Source: Anthoceros angustus (Eukaryota; Plantae; Anthocerotophyta). Taken from it: a stretch of DNA of 64,000 bases. Shown in pieces: positions 49,801 through 63,618 of the stretch. Both the position numbers and the translations under genes were made by a program. Numbering within the stretch: position 1 is the first letter of the stretch; each line of letters begins with the position of its first letter. The notes under the pieces were generated by a model. It had not been told where the DNA came from. It saw only the letters and a list, made by a program, of their open reading frames with translations, and ran no database searches. The stretch lies in the NCBI GenBank assembly GCA_010909165.1, contig MU008170.1:1116001-1180000 (forward strand). The letters run 5' to 3'.

Positions 49801-50211
49801 TCACCCTCAACCGCCAACCCAGCCATGTCGTCGGGAGAAGACACCGACATCGAAGAAGCGAGCACATCCCTTGCTCCCTCGCCAATTCTGGCAAAAAGCG
49901 GCACGTCGTCTCGCCTCCCTGGGCCCCCTCCCCTGCTGGCAACCCGGAGTAGGTTTAGCCAGGGCGGCCTCAAATTTCCCGGTGACGGCGCGCCACCTCC
50001 CACCTCCACCGGCTACAGGTGGCCTTCCATCCTACATGTCCAGTCGCCTCTCCTCGGGAACCTGACCCCGCAGCCACCTACAGGCAACGGGCTAAGCGCC
50101 AAACAGAACGGCCACGCCGGCGTCAGCGATGGACCTAGCCCTAGCCCAGTGCTTGGTCGCCGGTTGAGATACGAGTCCAACTGGGACTCCACCATCGGGA
50201 TATACAGCTAG
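46839..50211 (+). CDS. HOS1: E3 ubiquitin ligase HOS1 (RING plus ELYS-like domain); exons about 46839-47235, 47372-47506, 47710-47886, 47975-48415, 48543-48701, 48877-49404, 49496-49630, 49723-50211
   Basis: EAKVEKCRAIRDLRSCGR...CGHACLCAECSQRCDVCPICR; LYYLFDRHW; ELPWNADEEK; GT-AG boundaries read directly, with frame continuity checked across introns 1, 2 and 4. Confidence 0.92.
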
Positions 50212-50719
50212 TATGTACCTCCTCTAGGCAGCAGTAGTCTAGTACAGCTTTTTCTTCTCAGGCACTGTAGGTCGGTACTCAGTATGCTGCATGCGTACCA
50301 CTTCAGAGAGCCGCCGCGCCTCGACGATACGAAAGCCGAGACAAGACAAATTTTGGTTCCGTGAATCTTTTTATTACATATCTTGGACCGCTAGGCTGTT
50401 ACAGTACGTGGTAACATGCTGCGCGCGCAGTCCCAGGTCCATGGCGTGACGACGCCGCGCGCTTTTTGCTGCAACCGAGGTCGTCGATCAACATTGCGAG
50501 CATGTACTGGTGTGCGCGCTCTTGGGCGGGTGCAATTCAAAGACAAGAGTTGGTGCATCATTTTTCCCTCTTATCGGAGTCCAAGAGTCTAACTTGTTTC
50601 CTGAGCGCGGGAGATAGTATTGTGGAGGTTCCAGCTGCTCGCCGACACATGTTGAAGCGGAATTGGACTCGATACACATACACGAGAGGCTTATGATCCT
50701 CGCTGATGAAACAGTTGAG

Positions 50720-53365
50720 ATGAAGCGGCGGCGGCGAAGGCTATGGCTATGGCTATGGCTACGGCGCGACGCCGGCAATCGAAATGGCAGGAATGCCGCG
50801 TTGCTCGGCCAGCTCCAGCAGCATCTGTTTGTGCTGCTGCTGGTGTGCTGCAGGTTGCGAGGGAGCGACGCGCAGAATGTAAACCTGACGGCCATCTCCT
50901 TCTCCTCGGCTCTGCTCACCTGCTTGGGATCGTGCCAGTTCGCCAACGACAACTCGCACGTCAACCTGACGCAAATCGGCGGCACCGGCGGCAACGGCGC
51001 TCGTCTGGTGGGCAGGGTGATGTACAAGAATCCGGTGCGATTCTACGACGGCAGCGGGGTATCGGCATCCTTCCAGACCTCCTTCCACTTCCGCCTCAGC
51101 AGACCGAACAGCAGCAGCACCAGCAGCATCGGAGACGGGTTCGCCTTCCTCATCGCACCGAGGTTGGACCTCCCGACCACCGCCGAAGGAGAGGCGCTGG
51201 GCCTGTTTGTGCCCAACAGCACAGCCGCGGCCGGGGACGACAGCAGGCAGGTGGTGGCCGTGGAGGTGGATACCTTCCAGAACTCTAGATCTGGCTGGGC
51301 CGACCCGCCCGCGCCGCACCTGGGCCTAGACGTGGGCAGCCTGGCGTCCAGGAACACCTCCGCCCAGCTCACGGAGATCGCCGTGGGGCGGACTGTGGGA
51401 GTGTGGATCCGCTACAGCGCCCAGGAGCAGGAGCTGGAAGTCCGCATCGCGTCATCGACGACAGCATCCGGGAATGGCAGCAGGTTCCAGCTCCCGCCCT
51501 CCCGGCAGGTGCTGCTCTGCTCGGGCTTCGACCTGGCGGCGGCGGTGCAGCAGGACTCGTTCGTGGGCTTTTCGGCGGCCACCGGAAGCAGCGTGGAAAT
51601 CAACCAGATCCTGTCCTGGGACTTCGCCACCACGGGCTTCCCGGAACCCGAGCCGGAACGAGGGCCGAGTCCAGGTCCCTTGAGCCAGGGCTCTGGCGGA
51701 ACCGGAGGAGCCAGAATCGGGCTTGTGGTTGCCGCGCTATCGCTCCTGGCTGCCGCGGCGCTGGCTGTGGCGATCGCCTGCTGCTGCTGCCTCAGCTGGA
51801 GGGTGCACAAGAGCAAAGATGGGCAGCCTCGGGCCGGCGCGGACTCCGGTGGGGAAGGGCAGGCCGTGCTGGGCAGTGGATTAAGCATCCGGAGCAGCTT
51901 CCGCACGCCCAGCCTGCTGCGCTTGCCGGATGCCGGGTTCGGGCCCCGGCACGTCCCCTACACAGAGCTCTGCGAGGCGACCCAGGGGTTCAAGATCCAG
52001 AGCCTGCTCGGGGAAGGAGGCTTCGGGGGAGTGTATGTGGGAACCATGAAGGATGGCACTCGGGTGGCTGTGAAGAAGGTGAGGCACAATTCGTTGGAGC
52101 GGGAGAAGGAGTTCCTGGCTGAGGTGGGTGATTGCCTCTTCTTGCAAGCTTCCTTGTTGGATCATCTTTTTTCTCAACAATGGCAGGATAGTTACTAGTG
52201 CAGTGGAATGGAAAATTAATGTGAGGCTTGGCTTTCAATTTGTTGTCGATTTTGTGCATTTTGTCAAGAATGGCAGGATTGCTGTGGATCTGCACTGGAA
52301 TGGGAATGGGAGGCATTCCATTTTGTTGGTCACGTTGCGCATTATTTCGGCATTGCAGGTGACCATCATAGGGCAGCTGAGCCACAAGAACCTGGTGCAG
52401 CTCAAGGGATGGTGCCACGAGCACGGGGACCTCCTCCTGGTGTATGAGTACATGCCCAACGGCAGCCTGGACAACCACCTGTACCCCGTCGCCAAGACCC
52501 CTCGGGATCTGCTCACCTGGGCTCAGAGGCTCAGCATTGTGAGGGGGCTTGCGGACGCCCTTTTGTACCTCCACGGGGGCTGCAAGCAACCGGTGATCCA
52601 CAGGGATGTCAAACCCAGCAACATCATGCTGGATGCCAACTTTGCTGCCCGGCTTGGGGATTTCGGGCTGGCGGTTGCTTTGGGGAAGGACAAGCTGGTC
52701 CAGACTGTCAGCAGAGCTGCAGGTACTCATGTTCTGATGACCTAACTGGTTTCCTGTTTGCCTTCCTTTGCTCCAGATAGACGTTTCACATTTTGCAAGG
52801 AATGCTGCCGGGCGGGTAGCATCCTGCATTCAGCTGAGGGATGCCATTGAAACGATCTTGCAAGTTTACATCAATGGGTGCAGGAACCATTGGGTACTTC
52901 GCCCCCGAGGCTCAGGAGACCGGCAAAGTGGGCACAGAGTCGGACGTCTTCAGCTTCGGGGTGGTGGCCCTGGAAGTGGTGTGCGGGAAGAAGCCGCTGG
53001 ACTGGAGCCGACCGAGGAACGAACGGCATCTGGACAGCTGGGTGTGGAGCCTGTACGCGGATAGCCGGCTGCTGGAGGCTGTGGACCCTCGGCTGGCAGG
53101 GGACTACGATGACGAGGAGGTTGTGAAGCTGCTCCAGCTGGGGCTCCTGTGCTCACTCCCAGACCCCACCTCCAGACCCACCATGAGCCTCGTCAACCTG
53201 TTTCTGACAGGAGCCGTCGACATGCCTCACCTTCCCAAATCCATCCCCTCCCTCTACGCCCCCGTTACCTCATCCGCTGACATCCTCTCCTTTGCCGCCG
53301 TCATGAGAAGCCTCAACAACACTACCTACTCTGTAAAATCCAGTGCCTCCACGGCTTCTTCCTGA
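50720..53365 (+). CDS. L-type lectin receptor-like kinase; exons about 50720-52123, 52359-52722, 52884-53365
   Basis: Legume-lectin motifs (SFQTSFHF, GDGFAF, VAVEVDTF, GFSAATG), TM segment, kinase GEGGFG/VAVKK/HRDVKPSN/DFG/GYFAPE. Confidence 0.92.
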
Positions 53366-54204
53366 GACATGCCAGAGACCCCTTCATGTGGACGTTGTCG
53401 AACATCCTGCAGGGCTCCTTGACATTTTTGTTAGGCCAGGACATCCTGGAAACTTGTTAACGGGAAATTTGTGAACAAAGCATGTTCCACGGACACTCTG
53501 CAAATCTAGAATAAACCGTGGCCAGATGCAAACAATGGGGAAGCAGGACCAGGCTCCGAGCAGAAGGGCCGCGACGGCGTTAGCTAGGCCCCTAGCCCTG
53601 GTCTGGACGGTGCTGGGTTGCAGATTGTGACGTGGCGACACAGCTTACTCTTTTGAGTTTTCGTTCTCGCCTCAACCGTCTCTTCACTGCGCTTTCGGCA
53701 TCGCCGTTTGTCCCTATGTACACTCGGGTCTTGATTCTCCACGCACAGACCAAACGAGGTGCATGCCCTCATCCCTTTGGGGTGGATATGGCCACCCCTT
53801 AACCCCTTAAGCTTAAACCTGGCTCGTGTCACATTCGCATGTCATGTACAGGCATCTTTAAAAAGCGACCGCTTTCATGTCGGTTCTCTGCAAAGTTCAT
53901 CAAGCCCAGGGTCACAGTTATGAAGAACCTAATATCCATTCCGGCTTCTATGTGGCACTGGTTATTAGATATGAGGTAGCCTAGCCAGATATGTGTGTCC
54001 AAATGGCCTAGGCCAAATGGACACACATTTATAAGAACGCCGTGATGTCTAAAGGGAGTGGATGCCCTTGGTGCAAGTAGCTTAGGCACACCATGGTACA
54101 AGTTGTTAAGTACCAAGTCCCACGACGGAAATCCGTCCTTAGTGGACTTAAATAAAATTCTTCTTCTTCGTCTTCTAGCAACTTCGGGTGTATATCGTAT
54201 AGTA

Positions 54205-55200
54205 ACTTTAGGTCAATATCATATAGTAACTATAGATACGAAATTTCTAGGTACAATGGTGGTGCCTAAAGCAAATGTAAGTGGCTATAGATACGGAATT
54301 CCTAGGTACAGTGGTGGTGCTTGAAGCAAGATGTAAGCGGCATCCTGCGAGATGGGCGACTAGGGGCACGAGGAGCGCAGTAAGCTGGGAACGAGAATTT
54401 CAAGTGAATCTTGGGAGCGGGCTCAAGTAGCCCGCGTTCCTGTTCCAGCATGTGTTCAAACTTTTGATTGACCTTGGTCTTTACTAAGGTATGCCTGACT
54501 CTCGTTAGTTGACCCTATGTTAGTCTCTCAAGCTAAACTAACCTAACCTCCTAGCTAGCTAGCCCTTATGCTTGCCGCTGTGTGCTGTGTCACCACGGCC
54601 CTCTGGCCAGGGATCAATTGGCTCAGTACTATATCCATCATAGCCTCGCGATTGACTATGTCTTTCATGGCTGAAGCTTGCTATCATTCTCCTTTGATGT
54701 CACTGGTGTGTACTCTCTCCAGTGTATTCTTATCCTCCCAAATATTTACATTCATTGTACTAGAACTTGGTGCTTCAATCAAATTCACCAAATATGCGCG
54801 ATGGACACCACTAAATTGTACTTAAGTTCACCACTCTCATCATAATCCTAGATGTTTCAATGTGTCATACATTGAAACATTCATCGTACATAAGATTCAC
54901 CCCCACAATAGACTTTATGGTACCTTTGGACTCGGAGCTTTGCCCTTTGTATGAGACATTCGTTCTTTTTTTCTCCGTGAACAAAAAATATATTAGATTT
55001 TATTATGATATGTGATATATCTTACTTAACTTAAGAGAAGATCAGGCATTGCAGCGAGTATTTCATAAATTTAGATTTACTTTTGCACTAGGTCTGTATC
55101 TGTGTTGTGCTTGGACCGGGTGGTCTTTTCTTTTTATTAGATATTCAATCTTTTTTTCTTCTTGAAGAAAACGTTTATTGAATTTTATTGTGGTACATGA
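54205..55200 (+). repeat. Segmental duplicate: CAF1 5' fragment plus ~520-bp insertion and flank; second copy at ~57725-59110
   Basis: tgaagcaagatgtaagcggcatcc near 54322 and 57786; 54330-54850 matches 57793-58313; 54860-55200 matches 58738-59110. Confidence 0.85.
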
Positions 55201-56107
55201 CATACCCTCCTGAACTTAAGAGAAGGTCTCAGGCATAACAATCAATTGGAGAAAATCTAAAAGTAACTACAACTTATATACCAAACATTTAATGCTAGCC
55301 AGGGTAACTATGGCATACTTATAAGTCCATGCACCGTTTTTAAGACACGTATGGGGTTGCAACCTTGACAAGAATAAGACTTTAGCCAGTTCCACATTAT
55401 TGATCAACCGTTTTTAAGACACGTATGAGGTTGCAACCTTGACAAGAATCAGACTTTAGCCAGTTCCACATTATTGATCAATATCGTAAAGAAACTATAA
55501 ATACGGAGTTCCTAGGGGAGCGACGGTCATCTCGCACACACCCTAGCATGGGAGACGATGTTGTCCACCTCTTCCTTGGTCTTTCGTACTTCCTTCCTGC
55601 CATATACTTGCTAGCTACTTTCTACTTCCAAAGCCCGAGGAAGTTTTCTTCCTTGGCCCTAGGTCTTTCCAACCCCCGGCACCAGCTATATATGCTAAGT
55701 CTTCTTATACAAAATAAACTAAAACTAAGTGCCCCGAGGAAGTTTTCTTCCTTGGCGCTAGGTCTTTCCAACCCCCGGCACCAGCTATATATGCTAAGTC
55801 TTCTTATACAAAATAAACTAAAACTAAGTGCCTACCCTCCTACAGCTGAACTAGAAATGGCTAAGTCCCTGACCTCCTACCATTAGACTAAAAAATCTAA
55901 TTCAGTACCTGACTTCCTCCTAGGACCTCCAATAGGCCTTCCTACGGACGCGTCTCGAGACGTGGTCCTGCTTGCACAGGCTAGCTACCTCCTACCTAGA
56001 CCTATATTATGGTCAGATAAATCTTAAAATCAGCAGTGATTCACAAAAGGAATTTCTTATTATAATCTTCTTCAGGTTCTTACGTCTCTTTCGATTATTT
56101 CGCAAAA

Positions 56108-56960
56108 ATGAAGTTGCCCAAACTTTTGCATTCCACAATGACTATGGCAGAATCACAAGTCGATGCACCGCTTATAAGACAAGTGTGGGGTTATAACCTT
56201 GAGCAGGAATTAGACTTTATTCGGTTCCACATTATTGATCAATATCGTATAGTAACTATAGATACGGAATTCCCAGGTACAGTGGTGGTGCCCGAAGCAA
56301 GTTATTACATTGAAGACTATGAATACCAAATGATCAAAGGTAATGTGGATAGACTAAGGTTAATCCAACTAGGGCTTACATTTGCTGACAAAAACGCCAA
56401 GCTACCTTTTTGCAAAGACCCGTACGGGGCGAAGTTTGGTATGGCAATTCAATTTTCGAATCAACCTTGACCAAGATATGTATGCAGAGGACAGTATAAA
56501 TCTTTTGCGTAATAGTGGTATCGATTTTGATCAACACCGGATAATGGGCATAGATGTTCAACATTTTCGACAACTATTCAAACGCTGCAATATATTACAC
56601 AACCAAAATTTGCAATGGATTGGTTTCCACCCAACCTACGATTTTGCCTACTTGTTGAAAACGAGTACAGGTCAAGAACTACCGGGGACAAGAGACGAAT
56701 TCCTTTGTAGTCTAGCTAATTACTTTCCAAATATATTTGACATCAAATATATGATGCGTTGGACAAGTAGTTTAAGTCAATTAGCAAAAGTGATGGGTGT
56801 GGAGAGGAGAGGGATTTGTCATCAAGCAGGATCAGATTCTCTATTGACTTTTCATGTATTTCAAAATATATGTGAAAAGTGGCCCATCTTCCAAAATGGA
56901 CACTTCATGCATTATAAGGATCAAATATACGGATTAAGTCCATATAAAATGTATTATTAA
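56108..56960 (+). CDS. CAF1: CAF1/POP2 (CCR4-associated factor 1) DEDD deadenylase, intronless, one frameshift near 56420
   Basis: VTIDTEFPG, NVDRLRLIQLGLTF, WQFNF, FHPTYDFAYL, FDIKY, CHQAGSDSLLT. Confidence 0.88.
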
Positions 56961-57600
56961 AAAAATAAAATATTATTTTAATGATAAACTTAGTTTTATA
57001 AAGAAATTTCATCTTACTATCATCATGTGCACTGTTTAGAGTAAAGCTCAGCGCTGTACGTTATGGAGCCTAGTGCCCACCTACATGCTCCGCCGAACAC
57101 TCCTTCCTTGGGCAGGCGTAGCAGCGCATGCTCAAGCTCTTTGGACCTGACACACAACGCTGAGCGACGGCCCTCTTCCTTGATCTTTGGTACTTCCTAC
57201 CACCTACTTCCTAGCTACTTCCTACTTCCAAAGCCCAAGGAAGTTTTCTTCCTTGGCCCTAGGTATTTCCAACCCCCGGCGCCACCTATATATCCTAAGT
57301 GTTCTTATACTAAAACTAAGTGCCTACCCTCGTACGCCTGAACTGGAAACAGCTAAGTCCCTAACCTCCTACCTATAGGCCATAAATTCTAATTAAGTAT
57401 CTGACTTCCTCCTAGAACCTCCAACGGCCCTTCCTACGGGCGCACCTCGAGACTGTAGTCCTGCCTGCACGGGCTAGCTACCTCCTACCTAGACCTATAT
57501 TACGGTCAGATAAATCTTAAAAATAGTAGTGATTCACAAAAGGAATTTCTTACCATAATCTTCTTCAGGTTCTTACACTTCTTTTGATTATTTCGCAAAA

Positions 57601-57792
57601 ATGAAGTTGCCCAAACTTTTGCGTTCCACAGTGACTATGGCAAAATCACAAGCCGATGCACCTCTTATAACACAAGTATGGGGTTATAACCTTGAGCAAG
57701 AATTAGACTTTATCCGGTGCCACATTATTGATCAATGTCGTATAGCAATTATAGATACAAAATTCCTAGGTACAGTGGTGGTGCCTGAAGCA
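57601..57792 (+). pseudogene. CAF1: 5'-partial CAF1 copy interrupted by an insertion
   Basis: QVWGYNLEQELDFIR...IIDTKFLG (catalytic E changed to K), then unrelated sequence. Confidence 0.8.
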
Positions 57793-58312
57793 AGATGTAA
57801 GCGGCATCCTGCGAGATGGGTGACCAAGGGCACGAGGAGCGCGGTAAGCTGGGAACGAGAGAGTCTCAAGTGAATCTTGGGAGCGGGCTCAAGTAGCCCG
57901 CGTTCCTGTTCCAGCATGTGTTCAAAGGTTTAATTGACCTTGGTCTTGACTAAGGTATGCCGGACTCTAATCAGTTGACCCTATGTTAGTCTCTCAAGCT
58001 AAACTAACCTAACCTCCCAGCTAGCTAGCCCTCATGCTTGCGGCTGTGTGCTGTGCCGCCACGGCCCTCATGCAGGGATCAATTGGCTCAGTGCTATATC
58101 TATCATAGCCTCGCGATTGACTATGTCTTTCACGGCTAAAGCTTACTATCATTCTGCTTTGATGTCACTGGTGTGTACTCTCTCCAGTGTATTCTTATCC
58201 TCCCAAATATTTGCACTCATTGTACTAGAACTTGGTGCTTCAATCAAATTCACCAAATATGGGCGATGGACACCACTAAATTGTACTTAAGTTCACCACT
58301 CTCATCATAATC

Positions 58313-58510
58313 CTATCTAGCACCCGTTTCGTCCTTGTTGCATCCAAGCAGATTTCTTGACAACATATTTGCATTGGCATGCTTAACTCTTGCTCTATGC
58401 TTAATCTTAAAGTTGTACTCTTGCAAAATAAGTGCCCACCTTGCTAACTTACTTGTGAGCTTCTCACTTTTCATTAGACACTTCAAAGGTTGATTAGACG
58501 TGTCCAACAA
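58313..58510 (-). mobile_element. Gypsy RNase H fragment
   Basis: QPLKCLM...KLARWALILQEYNFKIKHR...HANANMLSR. Confidence 0.85.
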
Positions 58511-60447
58511 AGAAATCTAAACATGAAAGTTACCTAGATTAGAGGTGTGCAATAAAGAGATCTAAAAAGAGATTGAAATTGCTTAGATTAAACGTATCTA
58601 ACGAAGAAATCTAAAGATAAAAATTCCCTAGATTAGAATAAGAAAACGGTAAAAGGTGTTTATTAGGAAAGATTACGAGAATGGAAGTTACCTCTTTAAC
58701 AAAAGAGCTCTTGCTAGAGTATAAATATTGCGTAAACTATGTCATACATTGAAACATCCATCATACTTAAGATTCACCCCTACAATTAACTTCATGGTAC
58801 CTTTGGACTCGGAGCTTTGCCCTTTGTATGAGACATTCGTTCTTTTTTTCTCCGTGAACAAAAAATATATTAGATTTTATTATGATATGTGATATATCTT
58901 ACTTAACTTAAGAGAAGATTTGGCAGTGCAGCGAGGATTTCATAAATTTAGATTTACTTTTGACCTAGTTTCATAAATTTAGATTTACTTTTGCCTTAGG
59001 TTTGTTTCTGTGTTGTGCTTGGACCGGGTGTTCTTTCCTTTTTATTAGATAATCAATCTTTTTTTCTTCTTGAAGAAAACGTTTGTTGAATTTTATTGTG
59101 GTTCGTGACATATCTCATTGAGCCCTATAAGTTTTTTAAATAAATTTATTTTTAATATTCTGAATTAGAAAAATAGATAGATGAAAGTTACTAACCATAT
59201 GATCGCTAAAATAAATTATTAACCATAAGAATTTGTCCTGCACACAAAGAAACCCGTAGAGGAAAACGAGGACGACGTTCTTAGCTGCACTTGTCAGATT
59301 TGAAAGGATGCTGAGTATGGCAGGATGGAACTAACGATCATAAATCGAGAGGAGCTAAATACCGAGAATCACGACGTGGGTTAGCATTTACTTGTCCAAA
59401 AAAAACCCGGCAGGAAGGGTGACCATCTATCCTATTTTTTTCAATTGTAGGAGTAGGGAGCTTCAGGATAGACAATCGCGGCGCTAGTCCCACCGGGCCC
59501 GCGCCCTCTAACGGGCTGTTCCACACCCGCACCCCGAGCCCCACCACCACCCCTGACCCCACCACCCGCTCACCCGCTCACCCCCCCTCACCCACGGTGT
59601 AGATTGGACTTGCATTTTCACAAAGACTCCATTACCGCGACATTGGAGCATTAACCATCATGCAACCCTTGGAAATCGGCCCTGTACAAAGCCGAAACAG
59701 TACTGTTTTTTGTCGGTCCACAATCAGCATGACACGCGGTAACACATGCCAGCACCGAGAATTCCGAAACCTCCTTCACGCTTCCGCAAATGAGCCTATT
59801 GAGCCCCCGAGTAGTAATAGGCAACTTGTCACGCGGGGAAGCAGATCCCTTGCTTGCGAATCCTGACTCGCCTGCCGCCAAAACATCGTGGCGTGTCAGG
59901 ACAGAGAGCGGCAGGGATTGCACAGCCGTCACGCGACATGGATTCCTGTGAGCTTCCACCACCTTGCGCACAGTCTCATCTGCCCTAGGTAGAGCCTGAA
60001 AGGAGTTTAGTCACCCCACGCTGCGGTCTCTGTCGCTCACGCTGGCTCCACTCGCATTTCTGTCACGGCTACTCTCCGCCAGGGGTGTCCCGCAAGCGAC
60101 TCCGCAAGTGCTTTTGGAGCTGAATTCTCAGCGGATCTGGCAGCCAGGAAGCTGGATTGCGCACGGACAGAGGATCTGGTTTTATGTTTTTCCATGGTGA
60201 TTGGTTGAGTGTTTTAGCGACGCCGGTGGGATGTAAATTTTCCTGTACCTGCCATGGTTGGTAACACCTGCTGCGAGACTTCTATTTCATCGCGCTGTCT
60301 CGGACCGGGAGCGGACGTGGATCGGTGGGGTGTTAAGTAGGCTGAATGCCTAGCTAGTACTCGGAATTGTATGCCTCCATTACAGGCCTGGTGACTGTCG
60401 AAGGATAGTCATTTGGCGGCTGGTCACAGGAGCATCAAGGATCCACT

Positions 60448-61335
60448 ATGGCTTTGGAGACACCACAGCGGAAATGTCTAAGCGTGTATGAAGGCTCGCA
60501 GAGTGAAGAACGTCTGGTAGTGGTTGAGGATGCTTGTGCAGGTATGAGTTTGAGGAAGTGCAAAACAAGCGTGGATTTGCCTTCTGTCAAAGATTTGGAC
60601 TTTGAGGAGTCCAATTGCCAACGGACTGCGGCACATGTTGGAGCGCGCCCTGGTGTTTCCCTGCTGAAAAGAAGAGAATCGGAGAGGTCACTTCGCGTAT
60701 CCCCGCTCGCTCAATTGTTCCGTGACAGCAACCAGGTAAGCTAGATCTGGTCTCCTTCCGCATAATTTCTGCTTCCTTTCGGCCTTGGTTCTTGATTGAT
60801 CACTACCCCTTGATTGACCTTCATGAGCTTGTGCTGGCGCGTTTTTTGTGCTTGAATTGAAGGTATGGTGCTCTCGTGCAGAGGAAAGCAGGATCACGGA
60901 TACTGGTAAACGTCACCATTAGGAGGAGCCCTGGTCCCTTGAGAGTTATTGTGGACGCAGGTGCCGATGTGAACCAAGTAATACAGCAGGCTTTGACAGT
61001 GTACGCAAGAGAAGGTCGATTACCAGTCATGCAATCCGGCAGTGATGCTTTTGAGCTATACTGCGGGCAGGACATGTGCCAAGGTGCTTCTCGATTCCTT
61101 GCTCAGGCTGCCTGTAATCTGATGCTACAGTCTGGTTCTCGTGCTAACTTTTCCTTAATCTTCCTCCACAGCCGTTGCGACAGAGCAGCGAATAGGAAGC
61201 CTCGGAGTGCGACACTTTTTGATGTGTCCACGGATTATCGCAACCTCCAGTCCTTGCAACCCCAGCAGCAATGAGCAGCCTGGAGATTGGAACACGTGGT
61301 GGAAGAAAATGCTTGCCTGGCAGATTGTGTGGTAA
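60448..61335 (+). CDS. Small plant protein, At4g22758-like (DUF7054-type domain); exons about 60448-60735, 60882-61083, 61172-61335
   Basis: RILVNVTIRRSPGPLRVIV...V..VI..AL..YAREGRLP...FELY...IGSLGVRHFLMC; GT-AG introns keep the frame. Confidence 0.72.
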
Positions 61336-62639
61336 CAAAAATCTCGCCTAATGATGAGCCGTGAAGCATGTCCACCGCAGATTTGGTGCGGTGAGGTCAC
61401 TCATGTACGAGTTCCGGAATCCGGAGTAGGAGTCAGCAGCAGGACGGTGGTCCAGCTGTAGGTCATGGTGAGCGCAAGAGTTGTGATCTGTACACTATTC
61501 TTACAGTGAAGTTAGGACAAATGCAATGAGTTCACACTGCTGTATAATCTATATTCATAGAGGATGCAGTATGCTGCATCCGTGATTATCGTGGGAGATC
61601 AAAGGAGGGTGACGGGATGGCTTCCAAACCCCGCCCGTACCCCAACATGTGACTTTGCCTAAAATCTAAGCTGGCAACAACTACCCTATCGTTCGAAGTA
61701 AAGGCCACCGGCATCTTACCATTGGTGTATCCGGTGATGAAAGAGTGAAGTGATCACAAACGAGGAGCACACAATTAGAAAAATTCCCAAATCGAGACGG
61801 TGCTACCAACATATCTATACAACTGGAATATGGTGATTATGCAACCTTAGTGATGTGCTGGCCAGTAGGATCTGGGTGATGTGCTGGCCAATAAGATTGA
61901 CTGCTGGAGCCCGTAGCATGGTGTGTTTTCTTTTGCAGCCGTGGGGAGAAAAAATGAAGTCCAACATGGAACTTTTATCATGTAGTTGGCATAACACTAA
62001 GTATTAAATACATTGGTCTTCAAATTTGAGAATGTCAATTTGCACCAAAATAGTGTGCTCGAGCATGCATAAGGTGTACCATTCTCATCAAGGTGGGTTG
62101 CATAGTAAGTTTTCCTGCCATAAAACTTGTTATACACACACCGACATATCCACAGAGACAGCTCTGCCACCGATGTCACAGTGTGATACATAAATCTTCA
62201 TGTCTATGATACAACAATTTTTGTTCCTTAGGGTTAGGGAATGCATCCCACTCCTCCTCCCCACCTGAATCCCGCCCATAGGGTCAACCGGCTGCACCTC
62301 GCCCGGCCGCGAGATTGTAAAGCCTAGAAGCTTGCTCAAGGTCATCATCATGATGGGACCGATGGCGGACACGGCTGCGTAGCACACATGCGACAAAAAA
62401 AATCCACTATGGGCTCATGCCCCCATTGAACAAAAATCTTGGAATAGTCTGCGCACTCACCTCATAGTGGGAGTCCTTTACATCCTACACACAAGAGAGG
62501 GGCCCGGAGGTACCTGCGAACCAGAAGGGGAAGGTGCAGCTGGCAGTGCCATGGAACTAGAAGCATGCTCAAGGCCATCTGCCTCAAAGGTCAATATATA
62601 TGTTGAAGGCCTGCTCAGGTCTGCATTTTCAACACGTTC

Positions 62640-63000
62640 TTGCGTACAGGTGGGCCAAATCTGCTACTTCGCAATGTCTAAAAGTGGCTATATGAAGCTT
62701 GGACGTTCAGCTGCAAGCACTGTGCTTGGTAACCTTGGTTGCACCCTATTCTGTGACATTATTGTGTCTCTTGCAGCTTGAAGCAGTGCAGGCATGTGCA
62801 ATTGCGGGCCACTAGCTCTGGAAAAGGGGAAACAATTTTATGCAAAAGGTCAACAACAAGTACTTGAAGCTCATGTATATGTGGCAAGTAGTCACATGTT
62901 GGTAAGGAGTCTGAGAAGTGTGGCAGCTTACAAAGGATGCACGAAACGTGTTTGACAAGCTTGGTGAAAAACAAAAGTTTTGGACTATTTCTTCTCTGGA
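62640..63000 (+). pseudogene. Decayed PLS-PPR fragment
   Basis: ALEKGKQFYAK...EAHVYVASS..KCGSL..DARNVFDKL spread across frames. Confidence 0.55.
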
Positions 63001-63560
63001 GGACTTGAGCCATATTGCAGTCCCTTGAATCACACCATCTCTTCATGGCCAAGTTGTGTACCGTTAACGTTCTCGACAGCGGGCGCGAAAAAAGAACGGG
63101 AGTATAGATGAGCGAGGTCTTCACATGGGGGGCCAGACATAACCCTAGCCGACATGTCCATAAAACATCTGCATGTATCCTGCATGTCTAGCAAAAATTC
63201 TAAACGACCAAAAGAAAAAGTGGGTGAAAAGATCCGAACGCCTGTGGCCAAGTTGTGTGATGGAAATTTTTCTGCCACATACGGTCATCCCGAGCTGATG
63301 TAGTTTGGTACAATACCATGGAATTTGGAAGATGCTGGGGCATCGATGCGTACAATATAGAGGAAAATAATGTTAACGTACATAACTAGTACCGTGACGA
63401 GATCGGTAGATAAGTGGGCAATAATTTTGATAAATAGGATAAATATAGGTTATTTGGATAACACTCGGGGGTGTAAATGAAGGGGTCCCAACTAACATAC
63501 AAAAACCAAAAGGTCTAACGTCTAATGTAGATCACATATTAAGAAGCAAGCGGCTATACG

Positions 63561-63618
63561 CAGCCTTTTTGGCCTGAACCAAGCCATGGTTTAGGCTTGG
63601 TTCAGGCCAAAAGGGCTG
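63561..63618. repeat. 25-bp-arm inverted repeat (hairpin)
   Basis: cagcctttttggcctgaaccaagcc-N8-ggcttggttcaggccaaaagggctg, one mismatch. Confidence 0.85.

Noticed and set aside
50663-50719. ORF-track start of the lectin kinase at 50663
   Set aside because: Non-ATG start; the ATG at 50720 precedes the signal-like hydrophobic segment
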